Source: a virus | Taxonomy: Duplodnaviria; Caudoviricetes | IMG/VR virus record: IMGVR_UViG_3300017913_003073 | Coordinates: 1-25,547 of that record | Reading direction: 5' to 3' (one strand) | DNA length: 25,547 nucleotides | In this document: piece by piece, positions 23,975 to 25,547 of the stretch | How positions within the stretch are numbered: the first letter of the stretch is position 1 | Layout: every line of letters begins with the position of its first letter | Position numbers and translations under genes: made by a program | The notes under the pieces: model-generated | The model's input: the letters and a program-made list of their open reading frames with translations, nothing else | What the model was told of the DNA's origin: nothing | The model's database searches: none

Positions 23975-24654
23975 GGAAATACTCTACGCTGTCTATACTC
24001 TTCAATAGTAGCCATAAGAAGAGGAACATAATTGTCTCTATGTTCTTCAAATATGAGAGGTTGCTCAAAGTCTACGTCCATCACAATGACTGTGTTAACA
24101 ATGGGCATGCCAGTTCGCTCTTCCCACATGATAGCATAGGCTGACATTTGAGCAAAGTAGTTTGATATGTTTTCTTTTTTCTTGATTCTCTTTGACGTTT
24201 TGAAGTCAATGATAGAAGGTACACCCTTCCATTCTGCTACACAGTCACACCTACCGGCAAGACCAAGATGAGCAGAATAAAGCGGAACTTCCAATCCAAA
24301 GATAGTACCTACATTCTCGTCGAGATGAGGCTTTAGATTCATAAAAGATTGTTGGATATGTGGAAGATAGTCTGTTGTATCTTCGTTTCTTAAGTACTGT
24401 TCGAGAATACTATGTACAGCAGACCCGCGATTAGAAGCTCGAGTGCTAACTTGATTCGCGACGTCCTCACCAACTCTTGCTCTCCAAGCGCGTATCGCGT
24501 CCTCTGAGAGGATGGAAAGTACTGTCGTGATTGAAGGGTAACGTTCTCCTGTTGGCGTAAGATACGTTCTTCCCGTTTTTCTAGTATCAGCCTTAAGATC
24601 TTCATACCCTAAATCTATAAAGTTATGTTCAAATAGTTTCGGTGTTGAGGACAT
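23971..24654 (-). CDS. PD-(D/E)XK Cas4-like exonuclease of T4-like phages
   Basis: R.Y.TP.G..YPSITTVL, W..RVG, RG..VH, AGRCDC, IIDFKTS and Q..AYA.M.EE motifs. Confidence 0.9.
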   Translation of the reverse strand: MSSTPKLFEHNFIDLGYEDLKADTRKTGRTYLTPTGERYPSITTVLSILSEDAIRAWRARVGEDVANQVSTRASNRGSAVHSILEQYLRNEDTTDYLPHIQQSFMNLKPHLDENVGTIFGLEVPLYSAHLGLAGRCDCVAEWKGVPSIIDFKTSKRIKKKENISNYFAQMSAYAIMWEERTGMPIVNTVIVMDVDFEQPLIFEEHRDNYVPLLMATIEEYRQRRVFP

Positions 24655-24874
24655 TATCAATCAATTCACTTCTTGCATTATTTTCTGGGATACAGTACAT
24701 GTTTCCCCAAGGTTTTTCTTTAGCCATCATAGCCAAATTTGTTAATGGCTGCCAATATGTCTGAGCAAAAGCTTGGCATTCTTCCACATCTCTGAAGTAC
24801 ATCTTCTCGTATAAGTAGTGGTCAACATGCTCGCCCGGTTCAGCAGCCATTATGATAAGGATGAGAAACCTCAT
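24629..24874 (-). CDS. Small hypothetical protein
   Basis: Hydrophobic N-terminus, F...EECQ and a C-terminal Cys; coupled. Confidence 0.7.
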   Translation of the reverse strand: MRFLILIIMAAEPGEHVDHYLYEKMYFRDVEECQAFAQTYWQPLTNLAMMAKEKPWGNMYCIPENNARSELIDNVLNTETI

Positions 24875-25254
24875 TAGAAGTCATCCCAACCTGTTAGAGC
24901 TTCGAGCTCGTCTGGATCGAAAATGACATTGCCGGTTCCGCCAGCAATCAGGCATTGAAAGCCATTGTCTTGTCTTTCGATAATTGTAATCTGTTGCTCT
25001 TCATGATCGTATAAAACGATGTAGTCAGATTCAAACTTAGTACCATCTTGAAGAAATGAGTTTCCTCTAAATCCGAGAAGTGGTACCATATTGTCGTCTT
25101 TTATCTGCTTCCACATTTCTGGTGCTTCCCAGATCTGTGCGCAAATTACAGGCTTACCGAACATATTTAATTTAGGTGCTTCTTGTTCTTGAGCCTGAAC
25201 AGGTGTGCAATAGGCGAGGGCAGCCGCCAATATTGTTGCCCATAACGTTTTCAT
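24874..25254 (-). CDS. Exported hypothetical protein
   Basis: Signal peptide (VQA), KPV.C and C.IA.G motifs; GGAGG SD; ATGA overlap. Confidence 0.75.
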   Translation of the reverse strand: MKTLWATILAAALAYCTPVQAQEQEAPKLNMFGKPVICAQIWEAPEMWKQIKDDNMVPLLGFRGNSFLQDGTKFESDYIVLYDHEEQQITIIERQDNGFQCLIAGGTGNVIFDPDELEALTGWDDF

Positions 25255-25547
25255 AGCAATAGTGCCTCCTCCGTGGTTTCATCAACTCGTCGAGTCCAAC
25301 CACGTCCAAATGTATCAAATGTAGACAAGGATTCATAATAAGCCTGCCTACGTCTTTGATATTCATGAATAGCACCTTTAACTCCTTCACTATCACAGTA
25401 GATAGTTAGAGCTTTAAGTGTATTCGGTCCAATTCCCCCATCAACTACAGTTCCAATCATTTCCTGTAGAAACTTTGCTGCACGGCCAGTCCCAGCATTG
25501 ACACCGAAGTCAAAGACGCACAAGTCTAAACCAGCTGGCAGATCGTC
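25251..25547 (-). CDS. Glycoside hydrolase family 108 endolysin with PG-binding C-terminus (5' end outside window)
   Basis: DDLPAGLDLCVFDFGVNAG.GRA.K.LQ, DG.IGP.TL and F..FGRGW..RV motifs. Confidence 0.9.
   Translation of the reverse strand, partial: DDLPAGLDLCVFDFGVNAGTGRAAKFLQEMIGTVVDGGIGPNTLKALTIYCDSEGVKGAIHEYQRRRQAYYESLSTFDTFGRGWTRRVDETTEEALLL

Noticed and set aside
23068-24654. CRISPR system (short repeats near a Cas4-like gene)
   Set aside because: The repeats are 10-bp tandem units with no spacers, the nuclease is the standalone phage exonuclease, and no other cas genes are present.

Overview
This window is a fragment of a T4-like (Tevenvirinae-related, probably marine) myovirus genome. 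It is not bacterial chromosome. Positions 1-8.2 kb form a late baseplate/tail module: gp5 (partial), gp27-like, gp53 and gp48 on the minus strand, then gp4, gp2, gp54, gp26, a gp51-like ORF and a tape-measure-like gene on the plus strand, with TATAAATA-type late promoters. gp32 and gp33 follow at 8.3-9.5 kb. The rest is a mostly minus-strand accessory region driven by a family of sigma70-type TTTACA-N17-TA(T/G)AAT promoter cassettes. It contains a SleB-like hydrolase, a WYL/Sm-like protein, tRNA-Arg(UCU), several microproteins missing from the ORF track, and a 5-kb glycosyltransferase/methyltransferase/sulfotransferase cluster. It also carries a 5'(3')-deoxyribonucleotidase, a cupin oxygenase, a Cas4-like exonuclease and a partial GH108 endolysin. 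The strongest signal is a T TTT TTC slippery heptamer at the end of gp26, which a -1 shift would fuse to the gp51-like ORF directly upstream of the tape measure gene, as in lambda G/GT. Also notable are two structured non-coding elements (3' of gp32 and 3' of the tRNA) that share sequence blocks, and a perfect early promoter inside gp5. All family calls come from motif recognition and synteny only; no searches or folding programs were run.
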